32,000 nucleotides of DNA from Vibrio vulnificus CMCP6 (GTDB taxonomy: Bacteria > Pseudomonadota > Gammaproteobacteria > Enterobacterales > Vibrionaceae), in NCBI RefSeq assembly GCF_000039765.1, contig NC_004460.2:210001-242000 (forward strand), read 5' to 3'. The notes beneath the pieces were generated by a model. It ran no database searches and was not told the DNA's origin. It saw nothing but the letters and a program-made list of their open reading frames with translations. The translations under genes were made by a program, and so were the position numbers. Below are positions 24,783-32,000 of the stretch, piece after piece. Position 1 is the stretch's first letter. Each line of letters starts with the position of its first letter.

Positions 24783-27146
24783 ATGCGTAGATACAACACC
24801 ATTGGGGTAAAACTGGTCGCCGCGTTTACTGGCAGCACCTTGCTGTTGACTCTCGTTTGTGTCATTGCGTGGATGACTTGGAATCAGCTCGATCTGCGAG
24901 TCAGCGGTTTGTTGGAAGAAAACGTGCCGCGCTACAACGCCAGTTATTTGCTTGAGAGCAAAAGCAGTGAAGTGCGACGTAAAATCTCTCAGATCGAACG
25001 AGTAACAAGCAAAGTTCAACTCGACAACCACTTACTTTCCTTGGGTAAGCAATTAAGCGATACCAAGCAGATTGTGGAACGCGTGCAACGCGCCGACGAA
25101 GCCACGCATGACTCACTGAGTGCCCTTGCTGAGTCGTACACCTCGCTCGCGAGCAGTATTGATCTCTATGGTTATCTGGTGTCTAAACGCATTGATGCGC
25201 AGCGAAAAATTGATCTACTGAAAGAGCAACTTGATTGGATTCATCAAGACATCCGCACCGAACTGATGCCTTTACGCCAAGAGATAGATTGGCAGATGTC
25301 ACGTAATCAGAAACAGGCCAAAACCGATGCGTTACTTAAACAGCTGAACGTGATTCAACAGGTATTGGATCTCGAATCCACGATTTACGAATTGGCGTTA
25401 GATGTCGTAAGCGCAACGCAGTTGGGACATGTGAATAATGGCATGAAAGTGATTCAGTATCGTACCGAAGAGCTTCATCGTTTGAGCCAACCCATTTTTG
25501 AATGGCCATCGTCCATCGCATACCAACAGTTAGTCGGTGAGTTAACAACCTTGCTGCAAATTGAAGGTTTCTTGCACCAGCAACTGCTCGATTACGTTTC
25601 CATCCGCGAAAGAATTGAAGTGCAGCAGCGCGATATTGATCGCCAAATCGGCACGATTCACAACCAAATTGGCGGCATTGTTGCGTCGGCAGACAAAGCT
25701 TTCTATGAAGTCAAACAAGACACCACTGAGATGGTCAGTGTGGGCAATCGCGTGTTGCTCATCTGCTTTGCGGTGTCGATCCTCACCAGTTTGATTTTGG
25801 CGTACTACTTCATTTATCAGCGTATCGTGGCGCGCTTGGCCAATTTGAGTAACAGCATTGATGCGATCATCAATGATGATTTACACCATCCCATTCGTGT
25901 TGACGGCAACGATGAGATTGGTCGCTTAAGTGCCAAGCTGATCGAATACGGGGACAAAGTGAAAGAGATGCAGCGAACCAACGCCCTGAGCTTAATCAAC
26001 AACACCAGCGCCAGTCTGATGACGGTCAGCTTGGGTGGCTGGGTTGAATCGGCGAACGTCAGCGCAAGACGCTTATTGGATCTAGACGACGCCATTACCG
26101 AGTTGCCAATTTGGTCGGCGTTTCCTGAGCATTGGTTTGAGGCATTACGCGCGCAATTTGATACCGATTCGACCTTAATGCGCGAGTGCCGAAGTGAACT
26201 CACCATGTCATTGGCTGATGATCCTTATGGGCGTTTTTTACATTGCGAGTTCAGTCTATTTACTCACGGTCATTGTGAAAAAGTGATCATCACCATCACC
26301 GACGTAACCGAACAGATTCAGGCGAATCGCATCTTAGAGCAAAGAGTGGCTGAGAAAACCCGCGATGTGACGGAGCGAAATCGCCAGCTCAAGCTGGAAA
26401 TTAAAGAGCGTCAAAAAGCGGAATCGCACTTGAAGAAAACGCAATCCGAGCTGATTCAAGCGGCAAAAATGGCGGTGGTAGGGCAAGCGATGACCAGTTT
26501 GGCGCACGAGTTAAATCAGCCGCTTAATGCGATGTCTACCTATCTTTATAGCGCCAATTTATTTAACCAGAAGGCGGACAGTGAACAGGTCGCGACGTCA
26601 TTAACGCACATCGAAAGCCTCAAAGAGCGCATGAGTAAGATCGTCAATGGTTTGCGCCACTTTGCGAAGAAATCGGATGGCGAGCCAACGTCCGCATCGA
26701 TAGAGCTGCACGATGTCGCAGAGCACTCAATGTTGCTCGTTAACACGCGAGCTAAAAGGCAGCAAATTCAAATCCGCAACCAGCTAGATAAAACCCTGAT
26801 GGTGCAGGGCAGCTTGGTCGCCTACGAACAGGTACTCATTAACTTGATGGTGAACAGTTGCGATGCATTGAGCGAAGCCAATGGTGCAGAGCGAGTGATT
26901 GAACTGTGCCATTTGTATTCCACGCAAACGCACCATGCGATTGCGGTATGTGACAACGGTAAGGGGTTTGCTTCGGACATTGTTGATCGCCTCTTTACCC
27001 CATTTACGACTACAAAAGAAATCGGTCTCGGACTTGGTATGAACATCTGTAAATCAATCATAGAAAAATATAACGGAAACATTTACTTGGCTTCCAACGC
27101 AAAAGGTGGAGCCATGGTGGTATTGGAGATGCCTCATGACGATTAA
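24783..27146 (+). CDS. pgtB: Sensor histidine kinase, PgtB/DctB-like
   Basis: Two TM segments flanking a long periplasmic region, HAMP (ARLANLSNSIDAIINDDLHHPI), H-box MTSLAHELNQPLNAMSTYLYSA, ATP-binding HAIAVCDNGKGF and GLGLGMNICKSIIEKYNGNI. Confidence 0.85.
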   Translation: MRRYNTIGVKLVAAFTGSTLLLTLVCVIAWMTWNQLDLRVSGLLEENVPRYNASYLLESKSSEVRRKISQIERVTSKVQLDNHLLSLGKQLSDTKQIVERVQRADEATHDSLSALAESYTSLASSIDLYGYLVSKRIDAQRKIDLLKEQLDWIHQDIRTELMPLRQEIDWQMSRNQKQAKTDALLKQLNVIQQVLDLESTIYELALDVVSATQLGHVNNGMKVIQYRTEELHRLSQPIFEWPSSIAYQQLVGELTTLLQIEGFLHQQLLDYVSIRERIEVQQRDIDRQIGTIHNQIGGIVASADKAFYEVKQDTTEMVSVGNRVLLICFAVSILTSLILAYYFIYQRIVARLANLSNSIDAIINDDLHHPIRVDGNDEIGRLSAKLIEYGDKVKEMQRTNALSLINNTSASLMTVSLGGWVESANVSARRLLDLDDAITELPIWSAFPEHWFEALRAQFDTDSTLMRECRSELTMSLADDPYGRFLHCEFSLFTHGHCEKVIITITDVTEQIQANRILEQRVAEKTRDVTERNRQLKLEIKERQKAESHLKKTQSELIQAAKMAVVGQAMTSLAHELNQPLNAMSTYLYSANLFNQKADSEQVATSLTHIESLKERMSKIVNGLRHFAKKSDGEPTSASIELHDVAEHSMLLVNTRAKRQQIQIRNQLDKTLMVQGSLVAYEQVLINLMVNSCDALSEANGAERVIELCHLYSTQTHHAIAVCDNGKGFASDIVDRLFTPFTTTKEIGLGLGMNICKSIIEKYNGNIYLASNAKGGAMVVLEMPHDD

Positions 27147-28401
27147 TCAATATGATGTGCTTTTGGTTGACGACGATCAGGATGTACTCGACTCGTACGC
27201 GCATCTGATGTCCATTTCTGGTTTGACCGCGAAACTGGTGAACGATCCGACGCAAGCGTGCCAATATCTCACTGAAGATTGGCCCGGTGTGGTTTTACTC
27301 GATATGTATATGCCACAAATGCATGGCATGGAGCTGCTGGCGCTCATCAAAGAGATTGATGAACACATTCCGGTGCTGGTCATCACTGGGCATGGCGATA
27401 TACCGATGGCGGTGGATGCACTGAAAAAAGGCGCTTGTGAGTTTTTCGAAAAGCCGATTTCTCCGCCAGAGTTGCTCACTAAGGTGAAATCGTATCTTAA
27501 GGAGCGCCAAACTTACACTGCGCAAAAGAGCAATGTGTCGCAGTCTGTTGGCAAAGCGCTCGTCGGAAAATCTGCGCAAATTGAGCAAATTCGTCAGCAC
27601 GTCGCAAGGTTTGCTTTGATCAACACCAATGTGGTGATATGTGGCGAATCGGGCTCAGGCCGTCACAGCATCGCTCATCTACTGCATGACATGAGCCAGC
27701 CGCGTAAAGATCAAACGTTGGAAGAATTGTATCTCACCACGGACCACGACAAAGAGGCTATCGCGCGCTATTTCGATGGAAGCGTGGCTACTTTGGTGAT
27801 TGAGAACGTTCAATCGATGAATGAAAAGACGCAGCGAGAGTTTGTCCAACTGCTGTTGGCGCAAGAGCGAGGAAGTGCCAGCAAAACGCGGGTGATTACC
27901 CTGTTTGACGCCAGCCCAGAACAGCTGATGTCGGAAAATCAGTTGTTGCCCGAGCTGTTCTATCTGCTCAATCAAGGTGCTATTCAAGTGCCGAGCTTAC
28001 GTCATCGGCCGGATGACATCGCCGCCATTTTCCATCACTTTCTTAAGCACAGTTGCCAGAAACTGGGTAAACCGATGCCGGCCGTTGATTCGAGCTATCT
28101 TTCGTTGTTGCGTAATCATCAGTGGCCAGGAAATGTGCGTGAGTTAAGAAACGTCGCAGAGTTGTATGCCATTGGCATTGTCAAACTGACAGGGAAAGAG
28201 CGGCTGGTGAACCAAAACGAGCTTCAATCACCATTGGATACGCTGGTGGACGATTTTGAAAAGCAGATCATTGAAGATGCGCTGTTTTTGCATTCCGGAA
28301 AAGTGACGGAAGCAGCGGTGTACCTGCAGATCCCACGTAAAAAGCTCTATTTGCGCATGAAAAAGCACGATATCGATAAGGATAACTACAAATCGCGTTA
28401 A
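27136..28401 (+). CDS. pgtA: NtrC-type response regulator, PgtA-like, with degenerate AAA+ domain
   Basis: Receiver YDVLLVDDDQDVLDSY...VLLDMYMPQMHG...VITGHGDIPMAVDALKKGACEFFEKP; AAA+ remnant VVICGESGSGRHSIAHLLH, WPGNVRELRN; C-terminal Fis-like helices. ATG 27136 overlaps the kinase stop by 11 nt. Confidence 0.82.
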   Translation: MTINQYDVLLVDDDQDVLDSYAHLMSISGLTAKLVNDPTQACQYLTEDWPGVVLLDMYMPQMHGMELLALIKEIDEHIPVLVITGHGDIPMAVDALKKGACEFFEKPISPPELLTKVKSYLKERQTYTAQKSNVSQSVGKALVGKSAQIEQIRQHVARFALINTNVVICGESGSGRHSIAHLLHDMSQPRKDQTLEELYLTTDHDKEAIARYFDGSVATLVIENVQSMNEKTQREFVQLLLAQERGSASKTRVITLFDASPEQLMSENQLLPELFYLLNQGAIQVPSLRHRPDDIAAIFHHFLKHSCQKLGKPMPAVDSSYLSLLRNHQWPGNVRELRNVAELYAIGIVKLTGKERLVNQNELQSPLDTLVDDFEKQIIEDALFLHSGKVTEAAVYLQIPRKKLYLRMKKHDIDKDNYKSR

Positions 28402-28430
28402 AAAATCCGGCATACGAATGCCGGATTTTT
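28401..28430. terminator. Bidirectional Rho-independent terminator between convergent pgtA and the alcohol dehydrogenase gene
   Basis: AAAAATCCGGCAT-ACGA-ATGCCGGATTTTT, 13-bp perfect stem. Confidence 0.92.
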
Positions 28431-28460
28431 ATTGGTCTTAAGTGATAGACGTGAAGGGGA

Positions 28461-29609
28461 TCAGGCGATCGCCTCTGCAAGAATCTTACGCACTTGCTCT
28501 GGTGTCACGCTTTGGTTTTCTGTCAGTGCCACCATGCCATGATTGGTCAGTTGTGTGACCACTGCTTCGATCGCCTCTTCTTTGCTCTCTTTATGCTCAG
28601 TGAGTTTTGTTGAGACATCAAGGGAGTGGTAGAAGGCTTCAATGGCATCAATCGTACGCTCTGCTAGCTGCTCGCCGTTTTCTAAACCAAAGACCTCACG
28701 GCCCATTTGCTCTAACTTCGCGCGTTTGTGCTCAATTTGATTGCGAAGCAGAGAAGGCTGAACAATCGCCAACGAACGAGCATGATCCACGCCCCAAAGT
28801 GCGGTCAGTTCGTGGCCAACCATGTGCGTCGCCCAGTCTTGAGGGACGCCTGAACCAATTAAGCCGTTAAGGGCTTGGTTTGCTGCCCACATCAGGTTTG
28901 CGCGCCATTCATCACTGTCACGCTCTGCAAAGCGATCACCGAGATTTTTCAGCGTTTTCAACAACGCTTCTGCGTAGGCGTCTTGCACCATCGCACCGGA
29001 TGGGCGAGTAATGTACTGTTCACAAACGTGTACCCAAGCATCAACGATGCCATTGAGTAGTTGTTTTTCAGGCAGTGTTTTCATCACGTCTGGGTCCATT
29101 ACAGCAAAGATCGGTTGAACGTAAGGGCTCAAGAACGCGAGTTTGTCTTGGGTTTCCGCCTTAGTAATGACTGCGCCAGAGTTGGACTCTGAACCTGTTG
29201 CCGGAAGTGTTAACACCGCGCCAAGTGGTGTTGCTGACGTAACGTGATGCTTACCGGTGAGGATGTCCCAGCCGTCACCGTGGTAATGGGCAGATGCCGC
29301 TACGTATTTAGAACCGTCGATCACAGAGCCACCACCAACAGCGAGAATAAAATCGATGTTGTCTTCTTTTACGATAGCCACTGCTTTGTCCAGTGTTTCT
29401 TTGGTTGGGTTAGGTTCAACGCCGGAAAATTCTTGCCAATGATAGCCGTCTAGAGCCGCCACGATTTGATCATACACACCGTTTTTCTTAATTGAGCCGC
29501 CACCATAAATGACGAGCACTTTTTTCTCAGGGGAAATCGCTTGAGTAATCGCTTGGATCTGACCTTGGCCAAAGAAGATTTGCGTAGGGTTGGAATAAGT
29601 AAACTTCAT
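28461..29609 (-). CDS. Iron-containing alcohol dehydrogenase (YqhD/BDH-like)
   Basis: MKFTYSNPTQIFFGQGQIQAI...VLVIYGGGSIKKNGVYDQI...ILAVGGGSVIDGSKYVAA...HMVGHELTALWGVDHARSLAIV. ATG at 29607-29609. Confidence 0.93.
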   Translation of the reverse strand: MKFTYSNPTQIFFGQGQIQAITQAISPEKKVLVIYGGGSIKKNGVYDQIVAALDGYHWQEFSGVEPNPTKETLDKAVAIVKEDNIDFILAVGGGSVIDGSKYVAASAHYHGDGWDILTGKHHVTSATPLGAVLTLPATGSESNSGAVITKAETQDKLAFLSPYVQPIFAVMDPDVMKTLPEKQLLNGIVDAWVHVCEQYITRPSGAMVQDAYAEALLKTLKNLGDRFAERDSDEWRANLMWAANQALNGLIGSGVPQDWATHMVGHELTALWGVDHARSLAIVQPSLLRNQIEHKRAKLEQMGREVFGLENGEQLAERTIDAIEAFYHSLDVSTKLTEHKESKEEAIEAVVTQLTNHGMVALTENQSVTPEQVRKILAEAIA

Positions 29610-29732
29610 TGTTAACCTCACATCGTTATTGGAGTTGTTTTCGTTGTGTGCATAATAGTACTGTGAGTTTGACATTTACAGCCTCAAAACTCTAAATTAA
29701 ATGCCTATTTCTACAAAGTGAGAGTGTGCGCT

Positions 29733-30611
29733 ATGGAAACCCTTGCAGAACTGATGCAGCGATACGTTGATGTCAAAGGCCTTGAAAAGCTCGAAGAGAT
29801 CATTCCTACCGACATACCTGGGGTTCGTTTTTATCGAAGCAGCCGAGGTAATCCACGGCACCCATTTGTTTATCAATCTGGAATTATTGTACTCGGGCAG
29901 GGTTACAAAAATATTCATATTGGTGATCATGCTGTGTGCTATGGCGCAGATGATTATTTGGTGGTGGGTGTGCCAATGCCGCTCGAATGTGAAGCGTTTG
30001 CGGATGACGATAAGCCTTTGCTGGGGATCTCTGTTGATGTACCAATGGTTTTGCTGCAGCAAATGGTTCAGAAGCTAGAAAAGCACGGCTACCAAAATAT
30101 TTGCAGTGGCAAAGAAGAAAGCTGCGGCTTGAAGTCGGTGAAAATGGAAGCGAGCATGCTTAACGCTTGCAAGCGCTTAATGCGGGGATTGTGTGATCCT
30201 CTTGAAACTGAAGTGCTAGGCCAATCATTACTAGAAGAGGTGGTTTATCGTGCGTTACTGAGCCCTAAAGGCTATGTGCTGTTTGAGCTGGCACATGCTG
30301 AGGGCAACTATTCGAGAATCGCACAAGTGCTGGATAAGGTTCACCAAGACTACTCGGAGCCATTGACGGTGCAAGATCTTGCCTCTAAAGCGAACATGAG
30401 TATTTCCGCCTTTCATACCGCTTTTCGTAGCGTGACGCTGGAGTCTCCGATTCAATACATCAAGAAAGTAAGGCTGAATAAAGCTCGGGATCTCATCAAG
30501 TTAGAGGGAAAGCGTGTTAATGATGCCGCACGTCTAGTGGGTTACAACAGCACCTCACAATTTAGCCGTGAATACAAACGCCATTTCAATGAAACGCCGA
30601 AAAGTGCATAA
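29733..30611 (+). CDS. AraC-family transcriptional regulator (YqhC-like), divergent from the alcohol dehydrogenase
   Basis: AraC_N-type N-terminus (IPGVRFYRSSRGNPRHPFVYQSGIIVLGQGYKNIHIGD) and C-terminal HTH_18 (LTVQDLASKANMSISAFHTAFRSVTLESPIQYIKKVRLNKARDLI). GTG 29718 is an alternative start. Confidence 0.92.
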   Translation: METLAELMQRYVDVKGLEKLEEIIPTDIPGVRFYRSSRGNPRHPFVYQSGIIVLGQGYKNIHIGDHAVCYGADDYLVVGVPMPLECEAFADDDKPLLGISVDVPMVLLQQMVQKLEKHGYQNICSGKEESCGLKSVKMEASMLNACKRLMRGLCDPLETEVLGQSLLEEVVYRALLSPKGYVLFELAHAEGNYSRIAQVLDKVHQDYSEPLTVQDLASKANMSISAFHTAFRSVTLESPIQYIKKVRLNKARDLIKLEGKRVNDAARLVGYNSTSQFSREYKRHFNETPKSA

Positions 30612-30979
30612 AAGTGTGTCAATCCAATGAATGAGATTGTAAGTGGCATTCTTATATATAAAACAATTTGCACAAATATTATGCCAATATTGAAGCGATA
30701 TTTAGTGACATATTTTAAAAATTAAGTATTTATCGGTAGTGAACGCGATTTATTATGTTCTATAAAATTAATCAGAAATTAGTTATCGGTACAAAATAAG
30801 AGTGTAGCCGTTGCACTATTACACTAGTTTCTTGCGAGTCAATGTTCAATTATTGCAATTGATAGGTGTGAAATCTTCAAACTGTACTTAAGTTATTTTA
30901 CAGCGAAATATAAGTCATCAAGGGATTGCTTTTGATGATGATTTAAACGTTGAAACAACAACTTAAGGGAAGAGCCTGT

Positions 30980-32000
30980 ATGCGTTTTAAAAACGGAAAG
31001 GCAGCAAAGAATGTGTTTACACTCAGTACTTTGACTGCTTCATGTCTGATGGCATTCAATAGCTACGCGGCTGTTGATTGTTCACCTCTACAAGAATGGA
31101 ACTCTTCCGCCATTTATAACGGCGGAGACAAGGTTCAGTATCAGGGTAGCGCTTATGAAGCCCGTTACTGGACACAAAACAATAACCCAGCAGAATTCTC
31201 GGGAGATTGGGCACAATGGAAAGCACTCGGTGCTTGTGACAATGGCCCAGTTGACCCAGTTAACCAAGTTCCCACCACCGCTTTGACCTCACCTGTTGCA
31301 ACGGATGTTGTGAAAGAAGGTGAGGTCGTTGTTCTTGCGGCAACGGCAGCGGATCAAGATGGCACCGTCGCCAAAGTTGAGTTTTTGGTTGATGGCGTTG
31401 TGGTTGGTCAAGATACATCGGCACCATTCTCCGCGTCATGGACTGCAACCGCAGGCGCTCATACTTTCAGCTCTGTCGCTTATGACGATAAAGGCGCGGT
31501 AAGCCAACCAAGCAACGTGACGTTGACCGTGGAATCCACTCAGCCTGGCAATACGGCGCCAACGGTCGATCTTGCACTTTCTGCAACCACGGTTGAGCAG
31601 GGTGCAGTGGTCACGTTGACCTCAAATGCAGCAGACAGCGATGGTACTGTTGAAAAAGTAGACTTTTTTGTTGGTGGCGTACTTGTCGGTACGGCAGCAA
31701 CCGCTCCTTATACGCTTGACTATACCACCACTCAAGCTGGCTCTTTGTCGGTCTTTGCTCGTGCGACGGATAACCTTGGTGCAACCACGGATTCCTCTGC
31801 ACAGACGCTGAAAGTCAACGGTGTGGCACCAGTGGCATCGTGTCGCCCTGACGGCCTGTACCAAACAGAAGGCGTTAATGTGCCTTACTGTACGATTTAC
31901 GATGAAGAAGGTCGTGAGAAGATGGGGGCAGACCACCCACGTCGTGTGATCGGTTACTTTACCAGCTGGCGTAGCGGTGATGACCCACAAGCGGCTTATC
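30980..32000 (+). CDS. Secreted chitinase, N-terminal part (CBM5/12-like + two Ig-like domains + start of GH18 region), truncated by right edge
   Basis: Manual translation from ATG 30980, open to 32000: [86 protein letters not shown] ... [12 protein letters not shown] ... [12 protein letters not shown] ... [22 protein letters not shown]. Not in the ORF track because it has no stop inside the window. Confidence 0.88.
   Translation, partial: MRFKNGKAAKNVFTLSTLTASCLMAFNSYAAVDCSPLQEWNSSAIYNGGDKVQYQGSAYEARYWTQNNNPAEFSGDWAQWKALGACDNGPVDPVNQVPTTALTSPVATDVVKEGEVVVLAATAADQDGTVAKVEFLVDGVVVGQDTSAPFSASWTATAGAHTFSSVAYDDKGAVSQPSNVTLTVESTQPGNTAPTVDLALSATTVEQGAVVTLTSNAADSDGTVEKVDFFVGGVLVGTAATAPYTLDYTTTQAGSLSVFARATDNLGATTDSSAQTLKVNGVAPVASCRPDGLYQTEGVNVPYCTIYDEEGREKMGADHPRRVIGYFTSWRSGDDPQAAY

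Noticed and set aside
25817-26206. 129-aa antisense ORF inside pgtB
   Set aside because: Antisense to the sensor kinase HAMP/PAS region; no independent support.
1-32000. Mobile element, prophage, CRISPR, toxin-antitoxin, restriction/anti-phage or biosynthetic system
   Set aside because: No transposase/integrase, regularly spaced repeats, tRNA-adjacent junction or characteristic proteins seen; every long ORF fits a known metabolic, transport or regulatory family.

Overview
The window looks like ordinary chromosomal DNA from a Vibrio-type gammaproteobacterium, with the gene order reminding me of chromosome II. I found no transposase, integrase, tRNA, rRNA, CRISPR array or recognisable defence/conflict module. 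Modules in order: (i) glycine/one-carbon: 3'-truncated glyA (-), XRE-cupin regulator (+), gcvT (+); (ii) a GlyGly-CTERM trypsin-like protease; (iii) a TetR regulator divergent from a tripartite RND efflux operon with two lipoprotein membrane-fusion subunits; (iv) a small outer-membrane beta-barrel protein; (v) fructose PTS operon fruB-fruK-fruA (-) divergent from cra/fruR (+); (vi) a periplasmic binding protein plus an EEP-fold hydrolase; (vii) an S4-domain RNA-binding protein with a long Lys/Ala-rich tail; (viii) a stand-alone EAL protein; (ix) a phosphoglycerate uptake/sensing cluster (pgtP with pyruvate kinase on -, pgtC-pgtB-pgtA on +); (x) a YqhD-like iron-containing alcohol dehydrogenase with a divergent AraC regulator; (xi) the 5' part of a secreted CBM/Ig/GH18-type chitinase running off the right edge. 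I see no convincing novel system. The most interesting signals are regulatory: a TTTCCTATAG motif on both sides of the XRE-cupin gene beside a 20-bp perfect PurR-like palindrome; three FruR/Cra-type operators, two of them spaced 22 bp centre to centre; a degenerate NtrC-type response regulator lacking GAFTGA; and overlapping hairpins between pgtP and pyk.
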